Under the pieces are notes generated by a model. It worked only from the letters and a program-made list of their open reading frames with translations, ran no database searches and was not told the origin of the DNA. Of a stretch of DNA of 64,000 bases, positions 49,515 to 58,532 are shown in pieces (the first letter of the stretch is position 1; each line of letters begins with the position of its first letter). The DNA lies in the IMG/VR virus record IMGVR_UViG_3300021963_000003, positions 17 through 64,016 of that record, one strand, 5' to 3'. This DNA is from a virus. Its lineage: Duplodnaviria; Caudoviricetes. The translations under genes and the position numbers were made by a program.

Positions 49515-49745
49515 ATGACAAATCAGAGAACAAAGATTATCGACTGCATCATGGAATGCACTCTACCCGAGACACAAGCACACTCAATTGATTCAATAGC
49601 TAGGATGTACACCGACGACCTAGTGGATGTACTTATCACTGAGTATTATCTTTTGCGTGAGCAATACGACAATTTAATAATCAAATCAAACGAGGACTCT
49701 CAGAAACTTTTAGATAAGATAGAGCAACTCAATTCAAGGCTATGA
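49515..49745 (+). CDS. Hypothetical protein
   Basis: ORF with A-rich start context. Confidence 0.55.
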   Translation: MTNQRTKIIDCIMECTLPETQAHSIDSIARMYTDDLVDVLITEYYLLREQYDNLIIKSNEDSQKLLDKIEQLNSRL

Positions 49746-50080
49746 TGCACACACTAGACGGGATGTTTGAGAATCCAATGGATGACTTGAACAAGATTTT
49801 AAAGGATTTAAATATTAAAAAAACAAGAGGAGTAATGACAAAATTAGTATTATATATTAATCCATTTATTTGTACGATAGCTATATCGGCTAGGATTAAT
49901 AAGGTAGAGGAGCGTTCGGTTACCGACTACAATCCATTTGACTACCCAAGCGTGTCTTATTTCTCTTTGGCAGACAGGACATTTAAGTTAACAGTGGATT
50001 ATAACGACTCCTTTGAGGTACTTGTAGAAGACCACGACGATGGAACGGCTCAACCTATGACAATCAAGTACGTAAAATGA
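49742..50080 (+). CDS. Hypothetical protein
   Basis: ATGA-coupled ORF. Confidence 0.5.
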   Translation: MMHTLDGMFENPMDDLNKILKDLNIKKTRGVMTKLVLYINPFICTIAISARINKVEERSVTDYNPFDYPSVSYFSLADRTFKLTVDYNDSFEVLVEDHDDGTAQPMTIKYVK

Positions 50081-50359
50081 AGAAAGATAACACCTATTCA
50101 GAACTAATAGAATGTGTCGTGGCTATATTCTTTGTGGCACTTGCATACTATGTAATTGTACTACTATAAACTAATCTAAACTTATGAAAACATTACTAAT
50201 AACGTCGGGGTTCACGTTCCTCGCATCACTTGTCGGTTGTTCTATTACAGAAGACCAAGCATTTAAGAATGACCTATGTGTCTTTGGGTTGATGTGTCTA
50301 TTCTCGTTTATGTATGCGTCACACCTAGTCGGAACTAATAAACAAAATAGGAAATAATT

Positions 50360-50644
50360 ATGAAAGAAAACAAAAGACTTATCATTGAGGCTATCGCCTT
50401 TGCAATATTGCTTGTGTCGGCTCTAATTATATGGGTCAATACGATTCTAAAGGAACCCGAAAGAACCTTCAAGCAAGAGCCATTAACGGCGTCACAAGTG
50501 GACGTTAAGATGTTAGAGTACGACGGCTACGAGAATGTATACAAAGAGATGGGAACTCTACAATCTGAGGACATATATCCAGAATCCATTGACAATAGAT
50601 TATATACTACAAAAGGAAGATTAAAAAACAATTTAAATAAATGA
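50360..50644 (+). CDS. Membrane-anchored hypothetical protein
   Basis: N-terminal TM helix. Confidence 0.55.
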   Translation: MKENKRLIIEAIAFAILLVSALIIWVNTILKEPERTFKQEPLTASQVDVKMLEYDGYENVYKEMGTLQSEDIYPESIDNRLYTTKGRLKNNLNK

Positions 50645-50647
50645 ACA

Positions 50648-51022
50648 ATGTTTAACACGAACAGAAAGATTGAGTACACCTATATGGGAGGCACTAAGAA
50701 ACTAGTAAGTAAGATTATTGACGGGGTTAGAATGGACACGTGGGTTACGAGCAGTGACCACAGAGAGATGTGCATCTACAAGATTCAAGACCATAACGTA
50801 AACCTAAGGGAACTTAGACAGGACGGAGACTCGTTTAGGAAGACCAAGTATAGGGTCAAGTATCTTTTGCTCCATAAAATTGAGATGGAAAACATTGGAG
50901 AGTTTATCCACGCGTCTGAGGACTACAGGACTATGTGGTTCACCAATCCGTCACACCCCGAGGGCAAGAAGATAGGCATACCTATTATGAACATTGTCTC
51001 CTGCGAAAAGGTAAGGGACTAG
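50648..51022 (+). CDS. Hypothetical protein
   Basis: 124-aa ORF. Confidence 0.55.
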   Translation: MFNTNRKIEYTYMGGTKKLVSKIIDGVRMDTWVTSSDHREMCIYKIQDHNVNLRELRQDGDSFRKTKYRVKYLLLHKIEMENIGEFIHASEDYRTMWFTNPSHPEGKKIGIPIMNIVSCEKVRD

Positions 51023-51267
51023 TGGCTCTGTCTGAAGACGACATCGCCTACTACAATGAATTTGTAGGGGCGTCTGCGTTGCATCAGCAATGTGACAGGG
51101 CGGTAATGCAGTTGCATAAACTGCACAGAGAGAGGGAGCTAGATGAATGGGCAAGAGTCCTAAGCTACGCAACACCTGATATGCCAGCGTTTGAGATTAT
51201 CCTTAATAAAGTAGAGGACTTAGTGGACTCTATTGACAAGGCTAATGCAATACTAAAATTGATATAA
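50935..51267 (+). CDS. Hypothetical protein (true start uncertain)
   Basis: Fills the gap before the initiator gene; helical C-terminus. Confidence 0.45.
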   Translation: MVHQSVTPRGQEDRHTYYEHCLLRKGKGLVALSEDDIAYYNEFVGASALHQQCDRAVMQLHKLHRERELDEWARVLSYATPDMPAFEIILNKVEDLVDSIDKANAILKLI

Positions 51268-51304
51268 ATCTTATGAGAAAGACACCGATTAATAAATTAA
51301 TCTT

Positions 51305-51994
51305 ATGAGCAAGACTAAAATAAGCGGACACTTTGGGCAGGCACCTAACGAACTACTAAACGACCCTGCTATAAGTTTAAAGGCTAAGGGGCTTTATGTT
51401 TATATGCAATCTAAGCCCGACGATTGGGTGTTTTCTCTTGACAGGATTTGTTCACAAAATAAAGACGGCAAGGCGTCGGTTCGCAACAGCATTAATGAGC
51501 TATGCGACGCGGGGTTCTTGTCTAAAGAAAGGCTGAATAAAGAAGAGGGAGGGACTATTTATTTATATAGACTAACAGACCCATCGTTCGAAAATCGAAC
51601 GTTCGAAAATGCGACGATGGGAAAATCGAACGTTCGAAAATCGAACGACTTAGTAATAAAGAATAACAGCAAGAAAGAAATAATAGAAACAAAGATAGTA
51701 GATGACCGATTCGAAAAGTTTTGGATTCTATACAACAAGGAGATTCAAAAGGACAAGTGCTATAGCGAATGGAAGTTTATAAACACAATAGACAAGGACA
51801 AGATTCTTAAGACCCTACCGCTATACATCGAGTCAACTCCAGATGTACAATTTAGAAAGCACCCATTGACCTACCTAAGAAACAAGGCTTGGTTAGACAA
51901 AGTCTTTATTCCTAAAAGCCAAAACCAAGACGCGAAAGCAACTCCAAGACCCGCCGAGCCCGCCGACAGAATTATTGTACCTGATAACTATTAA
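51305..51994 (+). CDS. Replication initiator (HTH N-terminus, lambda O-like organisation)
   Basis: PNELLND..IS.KAKGLY.Y..S.PDDW.F...EL...G; internal iteron linker; FE.FW..Y...HP.TYL...W.D C-terminus; upstream of dnaB. Confidence 0.85.
   Translation: MSKTKISGHFGQAPNELLNDPAISLKAKGLYVYMQSKPDDWVFSLDRICSQNKDGKASVRNSINELCDAGFLSKERLNKEEGGTIYLYRLTDPSFENRTFENATMGKSNVRKSNDLVIKNNSKKEIIETKIVDDRFEKFWILYNKEIQKDKCYSEWKFINTIDKDKILKTLPLYIESTPDVQFRKHPLTYLRNKAWLDKVFIPKSQNQDAKATPRPAEPADRIIVPDNY
51581..51690 (+). promoter_or_regulatory. Putative replication origin (iterons plus AT-rich region) inside the initiator gene
   Basis: Four GAAAAT-centred units of about 15 bp containing TCGAACGTTCGA palindromes, followed by an A-rich tract. 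Confidence 0.75.
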
Positions 51995-52006
51995 TCCAAA
52001 AAGAGA

Positions 52007-53434
52007 ATGAAGAACACACTTGTTGACACAATGCTAGAGGACGACGTTATTAGCTACCTACTAGAACAAACACACTACATTAAAGAAGCTAATAAAATAA
52101 TAGATGCCGACTCGTTTACTAGCACACTAGCTAGGGCGTCATACGTTGCGATGGTTGAATTATCTCAGGTCAGCAATACGTTCACACGTTTCGATGTATT
52201 TCGTGTGCTTAAATCAAAAGAATCGGAGTTAGGCGTTGACACCTCTGCGGTACTAAAGATGATGAGCAAGAGAATATTTGACTTGACGGACGTATGCTTT
52301 CAGTTGAAGGAGCTTGAGGTCAAGCGTAACATTGCGGGCATCATATCTAGGGTAAACTCTCAGATACTTAACGGCGAGGACTCGGCTATGATTCAGTCTA
52401 CTTTGTTTAGTGGAGTTGATTCGTTGCAGGCAGAGAAGACCAACGAGGAGGTTACGTCTATCAAGGACATATACGACAACGTAATCAAGGACTTGGGCGA
52501 CAACGCGGGAAAGAACAAGTTCTCAGGCATCGACACAGGAAGCAGGCTACTTAACTACACGTTAGGTGGATGGCAGAGCGGTATGATAGTAATCGCGGCT
52601 CGACCTTCGATGGGTAAGACTATTGTAGGCTTGGAACACGCTAAGGCAGGGGCTAAGTCTGGGGCTAATGTATTGTTTCTTTCATTAGAGATGCCAAAGG
52701 AGTCCTTGTTGTATCGAGTTATCTCGTCTGAGGCAACTGACTATAAGTACTCAGACTTGGGGGCATACAGGATAAGCAAGGAAGACATCGATATAATTTC
52801 TAAGTCAGACGCTAGGGGTCTAAGGGACTTGCCCATATTCTTTTATGATTCAGATAACAGGGATATGAACTATCTTTCCACTATCATCACCGCTGAGTGC
52901 AGGAAGAACAAGATAGACCTAGTCATCATAGACTATATGCAACTAATCAGGGACAATCAGATTAAAGACCAGAGCGACTTTGCTCAGGTGTCATCTGTAT
53001 CAAGTAAGATTCAAAAGCTAACACGTAAGCTCAACATCCCTATCATTGCATTGTCTCAGCTATCACGTTCAATAGAGTCTAGGACTGACAAGCGACCAAG
53101 TTTATCTGACCTGCGTTCAAGTGGCAACATCGAGCAGGACGCGTCTATTGTCATAGGGCTATACCGCCCTGACTACTACGCAATGTCAGAGGCAAGAGCT
53201 CAGAACCTACCTGACCCCGAGTTTACCCACGAGCTAGACTATGTGATACTCAAGAACAGGAACGGACGCACAGGTTCAGCTATTAGGTATTGTGACGTGA
53301 TGACCAACAGAGTAAGCGACGACAAGGAGACCTTGTTTAGGTTCACCCAACCTGATATATTATTTAGGGACTCGGTGATTAATACGATTGACAACGGATT
53401 TGATAATAACACCATAGTAGAAACCCCATTTTAA
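52007..53434 (+). CDS. dnaB: Replicative DnaB-like helicase
   Basis: AARPSMGKT, SLEM, IIDYMQL, LSQLSR, DLRSSGNIEQDA, KNRNG. Confidence 0.95.
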   Translation: MKNTLVDTMLEDDVISYLLEQTHYIKEANKIIDADSFTSTLARASYVAMVELSQVSNTFTRFDVFRVLKSKESELGVDTSAVLKMMSKRIFDLTDVCFQLKELEVKRNIAGIISRVNSQILNGEDSAMIQSTLFSGVDSLQAEKTNEEVTSIKDIYDNVIKDLGDNAGKNKFSGIDTGSRLLNYTLGGWQSGMIVIAARPSMGKTIVGLEHAKAGAKSGANVLFLSLEMPKESLLYRVISSEATDYKYSDLGAYRISKEDIDIISKSDARGLRDLPIFFYDSDNRDMNYLSTIITAECRKNKIDLVIIDYMQLIRDNQIKDQSDFAQVSSVSSKIQKLTRKLNIPIIALSQLSRSIESRTDKRPSLSDLRSSGNIEQDASIVIGLYRPDYYAMSEARAQNLPDPEFTHELDYVILKNRNGRTGSAIRYCDVMTNRVSDDKETLFRFTQPDILFRDSVINTIDNGFDNNTIVETPF

Positions 53435-53435
53435 A

Positions 53436-53609
53436 ATGACACCAAAAGAAAAAGCAGAAGAAATGTATAGGACATATATTGACTATACTCATGGACATTT
53501 TAATTGTAAACAATGTGCATTAATTGCAGTAGATGAGATGATAGAATTATGCGAGTCTTATGTAGCACCTTATTATTATGAAGTTAAAAAAGAAATAGAG
53601 AAACTATGA
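53436..53609 (+). CDS. MTPKEKA-family paralog 1 (57 aa, below ORF-track cutoff)
   Basis: MTPKEKAEEMYRTYIDYTHGHFNCKQCALIAVDEMIELCESYVAPYYYEVKKEIEKL. Confidence 0.75.
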   Translation: MTPKEKAEEMYRTYIDYTHGHFNCKQCALIAVDEMIELCESYVAPYYYEVKKEIEKL

Positions 53610-53797
53610 CACCAAAAGAAAAAGCAAAAGAACTTGTAGATAAGTTCACTGTTGTAGGATTACAACAAAGAGCAGAAGGCTATCAATGTGCATTAATTGC
53701 AGTAGACGAGATACTAAAAGTAGTATTAATTTATAATGATACGCAAGCAGAAGTTACTTATTGGCAAGAAGTTAAACAAGAAATAGAAAAGCTATGA
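53606..53797 (+). CDS. MTPKEKA-family paralog 2
   Basis: Same MTPKEKA / CALIAVDE / EVK.EIEKL blocks. Confidence 0.75.
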   Translation: MTPKEKAKELVDKFTVVGLQQRAEGYQCALIAVDEILKVVLIYNDTQAEVTYWQEVKQEIEKL

Positions 53798-54042
53798 CAC
53801 CAAAAGAAAAAGCAGAACAATTAGTTGTTGAATTTTATAGAAATATTCCAAACGATGAAATAGGAGAAGATAAAGAATCAGCTAAAAAATGTGCATTAAT
53901 TGCAGTTGACGAAATAATTAAATCAAATCCTACCTACCCATGGGCTAAAGATGTTGGAGCAAAAGCACAAGGCTTATATGAAAATGTAATATTCCCAACA
54001 AATTACTGGAGAGATGTAAAATCAGAAATATTACAACTATGA
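53794..54042 (+). CDS. MTPKEKA-family paralog 3
   Basis: Same three blocks. Confidence 0.75.
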   Translation: MTPKEKAEQLVVEFYRNIPNDEIGEDKESAKKCALIAVDEIIKSNPTYPWAKDVGAKAQGLYENVIFPTNYWRDVKSEILQL

Positions 54043-54177
54043 GCATACTAAAGAAAATGAAAAAGAAATGGTATGCTTTAAACTCGCATCGAATAGATGA
54101 GATAAAAGACCGAAAGGCAGGAGAAGCATTAATAAGAATTGTTAATGAATTAGATAACATTATAAACAACAAGACAA

Positions 54178-54435
54178 ATGGAAACTAAGCAAATGACATT
54201 TAAGGAAGCATTAAAGATTCTTAACATTGAAGAATATGAAGAAAGAATATTTAAAAGCAATTCCCACGGAGAATTATATCACCTACAAGATTATATTGGT
54301 CTAGCTAATTTCTTCAAAGATTATCCAACAGCAGTTCCTGTATTCAAAAAGTACTTTGAGGAAGCAGTAAAAGATGCATACCAAAATTGGGAAAGACCAC
54401 AGTCTGTATTTCAGCATATAAGAGAATTTTTTTAA
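54178..54435 (+). CDS. Hypothetical protein flanked by 18-bp direct repeats
   Basis: ORF with TAAACAACAAGACAAATG on both sides. Confidence 0.6.
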   Translation: METKQMTFKEALKILNIEEYEERIFKSNSHGELYHLQDYIGLANFFKDYPTAVPVFKKYFEEAVKDAYQNWERPQSVFQHIREFF

Positions 54436-54447
54436 ACAACAAGACAA

Positions 54448-54750
54448 ATGAGATTATACACAGAAGAACAAGTAAACGAACTGATGGCTCAACTACAAAA
54501 AGCTACTTTGCCTGAGAATAGAGAATGCGATGGGGCATTCTGTATGGGATGCTGGAAGGATGTCGTAAGAGAAACTCTTAAAAGTATGACTAATCTAACC
54601 CCCATCGAACTACCAAGTGACGATGATATTTGCGATGAAGCAGAAAGCATTGCTCATAACTATTTTGTAATGCAACGCAATCATTACCAAGGCTTAGAAG
54701 AAGGGGCTAAGCGGATGGCATACTGGTTAATGAAACACTTTAAAAAATAA
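54448..54750 (+). CDS. Hypothetical protein
   Basis: LYTEEQV...LTPIELPSD pattern. Confidence 0.6.
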   Translation: MRLYTEEQVNELMAQLQKATLPENRECDGAFCMGCWKDVVRETLKSMTNLTPIELPSDDDICDEAESIAHNYFVMQRNHYQGLEEGAKRMAYWLMKHFKK

Positions 54751-54755
54751 GACAA

Positions 54756-54798
54756 ATGCTCACCTTCGGTTCACACCGATTAATAAATTAATCTTATG
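54756..54798 (+). repeat. Hairpin plus translation-start repeat family (representative copy)
   Basis: ATGCTCACCTTCGGTTCACACCGATTAATAAATTAATCTTATG; related copies at 51282, 58237 and 61808, and on the minus strand before 3537 and 43527. Confidence 0.8.
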
Positions 54799-55116
54799 AC
54801 AATAGAAACTAAATTTAACATAGGCGACTACATTTACTTTGGAAACGAGGAATCATGTAATCAGGGATATGTGAAAGATATTAACATTACCTTTTTTGGA
54901 GGCAATCACATAATAAGATATACAGTTGACACAATGTTTAATATTCTACCAAGATTAATTACCAACGAAAAAGATAGGTATAGAGACTTTGATGAGTCAG
55001 TGCTTCATTCATCTCCTAATGAATTATTGCAAAGGCAAATCAAAAGATATGAGGTTAAGATAAAGAATATGAATGACAAGATAGAAGAAATCAAAAAACA
55101 AATTAAACCTCTATAA
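54796..55116 (+). CDS. Hypothetical protein (SH3/KOW-like N-terminus)
   Basis: IETKFNIGD.IY motif. Confidence 0.6.
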   Translation: MTIETKFNIGDYIYFGNEESCNQGYVKDINITFFGGNHIIRYTVDTMFNILPRLITNEKDRYRDFDESVLHSSPNELLQRQIKRYEVKIKNMNDKIEEIKKQIKPL

Positions 55117-55118
55117 GA

Positions 55119-55892
55119 ATGAATGTATTTAAAGAGTTAGCAAAGTTTAATATCATTAAGTACCACGACGCACCCCATAAGTATTTTATCGGAGAGCAGG
55201 AACTTATATCAGGTACTGCATTTATTGAGCAGTTCAAAGTAAAGTTCGACAAGCAGGGCACTGCAACCAAGTCAGCCAAGAAGAAGAATATTCCTGTCGA
55301 CGAGGTGCTATCTGATTGGGCATACAAGGGAGACTTTGCTCGCACAAAAGGAACGCTCCTGCATAACTACGCTGAGAACTATTGGCAGAACAAGGTGTAT
55401 CCGTACGACGACACTATCTACACAGAAAGATTCGGCGAGGGGGCAATGGCTGAGAGATTAGATGCGTGCAAGGCACACTTCCATAACTTCTATTTGAAGG
55501 CTAAGAAGAACCTAATACCTGTAGCAATGGAGCTAGTTATTGGGGATGCCGAGATAGGGATTGGTGGGATGGTTGACTGTTTGTTTTGGAACGACAAGTA
55601 CAATGAATATCAAATCTGGGACTACAAGACTAACAAGGAAATCAACGAGTTCTCTAAGTTCAGGACACGACTCAAAGCACCCCTAAATTTCTTGCACGAG
55701 TGCGAGCTTGAGACCTACTCAATACAACTAAACTTGTACAAGTATATCATCCAAAAGAATACCGACATCAAGATAGGGAAGTGCTTTCTGGTGCACCTGC
55801 ACGAAGAACAGGAGGACTACAACATCATTGAATGCAAGGAGTACCAAGAAATAATACAACTACTTATCAACTACGTAAAGAAAACTAAGTAA
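55119..55892 (+). CDS. PD-(D/E)XK exonuclease (Cas4/RecB-like)
   Basis: H.Y, GT.LH.YAE, E, G.VD, I.DYKT, Y..QL..Y motifs. Confidence 0.85.
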   Translation: MNVFKELAKFNIIKYHDAPHKYFIGEQELISGTAFIEQFKVKFDKQGTATKSAKKKNIPVDEVLSDWAYKGDFARTKGTLLHNYAENYWQNKVYPYDDTIYTERFGEGAMAERLDACKAHFHNFYLKAKKNLIPVAMELVIGDAEIGIGGMVDCLFWNDKYNEYQIWDYKTNKEINEFSKFRTRLKAPLNFLHECELETYSIQLNLYKYIIQKNTDIKIGKCFLVHLHEEQEDYNIIECKEYQEIIQLLINYVKKTK

Positions 55893-55948
55893 ACATTTTG
55901 AATTATAAATAATAATGTTTAATTTCACTCACCAAACAAAAAGAAATA

Positions 55949-56746
55949 ATGAAAATAAGCCATAGAAGCCATCCTATACTAGAAAAGCTACATAATGGTA
56001 GCTTAGGAACAATACCTACGTTAGCAATAGACAATCTATTTGTTCATACAAGTTTTCCTGATTTCAATAAACATTGGAATTTGTATTATAAAGATTTTTC
56101 GTCAGAAATAAATATAATAACAGAACCATTTGCAGAGGCTGCCCAAAAAGCACAAAAAAAACTGATAGAATTGGCTGCAGATATTTTTAGAGATGATAAG
56201 TTTGATTTTTCTATTAAAGGATGTTATGTATACGACGGATTTACTTATATGGTTAGGCAAATCGTAAGCCAAGGAAGCCCTCATGCTGAGCTAGCATTTT
56301 ATATGTTTAGTAATGACGGGATTCCAATAGCTTATTATATTAATAATTCGGAATTAGATTATCAATCTGGATGGATAAGCCAATTTATAAATTTAGAAAA
56401 AGAAAATGAGACACTTGAGTCTTGGATTTATAGACAATATGGTAAGATATTAGCACTTGCTATGTTTAAATCTTACGCACAAGTCGAGACTAAGATTCTG
56501 TTGCCGAATTCTAAGACCAAGGGAATCTTATGTAAGTACGTTAATCAAACAAAACTTAAACTAACGTACCTAGATAGCAAGTGGTTTACCAATCTAGTTA
56601 AGTCAGACGGGTTCAATGTTAGAGGGCACTTCAGGCTACAGCCTATGAAGAAGGACGGGGAATGGACCAAGGAACTTATTTGGATAGCAGAATTTGAGAA
56701 AACAGGATACACCGCACCTGCAAGAAAGATTGCGGCTTACGCTTAA
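55949..56746 (+). CDS. Conserved phage protein of unknown function
   Basis: C-terminal VRGHFRLQP...IWI..F.K.G motif; AT-rich. Confidence 0.6.
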   Translation: MKISHRSHPILEKLHNGSLGTIPTLAIDNLFVHTSFPDFNKHWNLYYKDFSSEINIITEPFAEAAQKAQKKLIELAADIFRDDKFDFSIKGCYVYDGFTYMVRQIVSQGSPHAELAFYMFSNDGIPIAYYINNSELDYQSGWISQFINLEKENETLESWIYRQYGKILALAMFKSYAQVETKILLPNSKTKGILCKYVNQTKLKLTYLDSKWFTNLVKSDGFNVRGHFRLQPMKKDGEWTKELIWIAEFEKTGYTAPARKIAAYA

Positions 56747-56776
56747 TGTTAGATAATCAAACAAACAATTAATCTT

Positions 56777-57073
56777 ATGGAAAAGCAATTAGAGGTCGTA
56801 GAAGACCTAGTTCAAGAGGCAGAGATTTGTATCAGAGACGCCTACTATCGTGGGTACGAGGAAGGGGCTAAGATAAATAACCTGTCCTTCATTACTAAGG
56901 GAGAACTTCTAAAGAAATTCGACTCTTATGCAAACAAATACATAAGGCTCACAGGAGATGAAGAGGGAGCGGTATTTGTACCTAGACAACCTGATGGTAT
57001 GCGACTAGGAATTACTTTAGACACATTGATTAAGAACTTTTTACTAAGCTACGACGATGAGGGGACAAATTAA
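56777..57073 (+). CDS. Hypothetical protein
   Basis: ORF with TTAATCTTATG start context. Confidence 0.55.
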   Translation: MEKQLEVVEDLVQEAEICIRDAYYRGYEEGAKINNLSFITKGELLKKFDSYANKYIRLTGDEEGAVFVPRQPDGMRLGITLDTLIKNFLLSYDDEGTN

Positions 57074-57317
57074 GGCAAGCAAGGAGATACAGAAGTACCT
57101 AGACTTACACGGCATCCCATATCTTAAATTAGATGGAACAATAAACCTACTAGTAATGAGAGCCAATAGCAGTTCGCACTACGCAGTCATTGAATTCTTT
57201 GAGATGAGCGACGATTACTATCGTTCTGATAAAATGAAACCCTTCACGTTCAGCAGATTGTGGGGGACAACAAAAGAGACAATAGTAACAAGATTGAATA
57301 ACTATTTAAATAATTAA
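57057..57317 (+). CDS. Hypothetical protein
   Basis: ORF overlapping the previous stop. Confidence 0.5.
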   Translation: MRGQIKASKEIQKYLDLHGIPYLKLDGTINLLVMRANSSSHYAVIEFFEMSDDYYRSDKMKPFTFSRLWGTTKETIVTRLNNYLNN

Positions 57318-57413
57318 ATAAAGCAGTAATTCGGAAATACCGAATAACCACCTTAAATCAACGAGAGTAAGAATTACTTTTATATCTTAAACGAGAGTAA
57401 AACATAAAAGAAA

Positions 57414-57638
57414 ATGATAGAAAAGAAAACAAAATTAAGTTTGTCGGCAAACGGCACAACAATGTCAATCGAATTTGACAACTGGGATATTGATTTAGAC
57501 CAATACTTTCAAGCGTTTAAGACCTTATTAGTTGGGGTAACCTTTACTGAGGAGCAAATAAACGATTGGATTATAGACGAAGGCGAAGTATTGGTTTCAG
57601 ATAAAGAAATTGATAAAGCTAATAGTAATTTATTTTAA
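57414..57638 (+). CDS. Hypothetical protein
   Basis: ORF with A-rich start context. Confidence 0.55.
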   Translation: MIEKKTKLSLSANGTTMSIEFDNWDIDLDQYFQAFKTLLVGVTFTEEQINDWIIDEGEVLVSDKEIDKANSNLF

Positions 57639-57656
57639 CAATAAACAATAAATAAA

Positions 57657-57872
57657 ATGATAAAAACAAGAGTAGGTAAACTTGTCGTGGTTAAGAATCA
57701 GGGCAAAAAAGCAGGAGCAAATGAAACTTATCAGGCGGTCATATTAAACAGCAACGGGCAATACAACCCATATCTTTTTACAGATATTGAGATTGCTGTA
57801 GCGTACGAAAGGGCTAGAAAGAATATTGAAGACCAAGTGACTCGGAGTATAGTTTCGGCGATGCTTGATTGA
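57657..57872 (+). CDS. Hypothetical protein
   Basis: ORF with A-rich start context. Confidence 0.6.
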   Translation: MIKTRVGKLVVVKNQGKKAGANETYQAVILNSNGQYNPYLFTDIEIAVAYERARKNIEDQVTRSIVSAMLD

Positions 57873-58236
57873 TTACATTTTATAAATGTACGCCATATTG
57901 TAAAACATATTTAATGTTATGATGATGGAAAATTCCAACAGTAATTGGGGTCTTGCCATATAATGAGGGGAAAATCCAACATCTGGTGTAACAAAGTTAG
58001 GGTAGATTTGTGACAGAACTTCGTAACATATATAGGCGTATATTTGTGACAGATTTTGGTAGTAATACTACTGAGATTATATGCAATCGGGTATAGACAT
58101 TTAATATTTTGAATAATTATACGCTTTAAGGTATAATTAACACACAACATTATTTTATAATTAACCCACAAAAAAAGCAAAGGTATAGCTTAACAAAATC
58201 ACAAAAAAGTAAAGGTGTAGCTTAAAAAAACAAAAA
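57873..58236. other. Non-coding array of paired short palindromes and duplications
   Basis: Several distinct inverted repeats, most present as two diverged tandem copies. Confidence 0.65.
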
Positions 58237-58307
58237 AATGCTCACCTATCGGCTCACAACGTTTAATAAATTAATCTTATGAATACAACGTTTAATAAAT
58301 TAATCTT

Positions 58308-58532
58308 ATGACAAAGAAAATTAAATTAATGCATTACCGACTAGACGACGAGGTCTGTGTCGTGGACTACAACGACTTAAAGGTTTCTTACTACGGAAAG
58401 AACGGGCATCACTACAACTTATTAGGGGCAGTGAGCGACAGAATTGAAGCTTTTTTAATGAGAAGAGGTTGGATTAAGACTACAGCAGCTACCTTTGCTA
58501 AACTAAAAGAGGAACTATATGAGGTGGCTTAA
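58308..58532 (+). CDS. Hypothetical protein
   Basis: ORF after the duplicated start repeat. Confidence 0.6.
   Translation: MTKKIKLMHYRLDDEVCVVDYNDLKVSYYGKNGHHYNLLGAVSDRIEAFLMRRGWIKTTAATFAKLKEELYEVA

Noticed and set aside
55119-55892. Cas4 as part of a CRISPR system
   Set aside because: Stand-alone phage PD-(D/E)XK exonuclease with no Fe-S cysteine set and no array.
58114-58139. dif/loxP-type recombination site
   Set aside because: 9-bp arms with an 8-bp spacer are suggestive, but the sequence does not match the XerD arm consensus and no recombinase gene is present. Left as one unit of the array.
57917-58180. 87-aa minus-strand ORF across the palindrome array
   Set aside because: Against the arm's direction, non-ATG start, and composition reflects the repeats.
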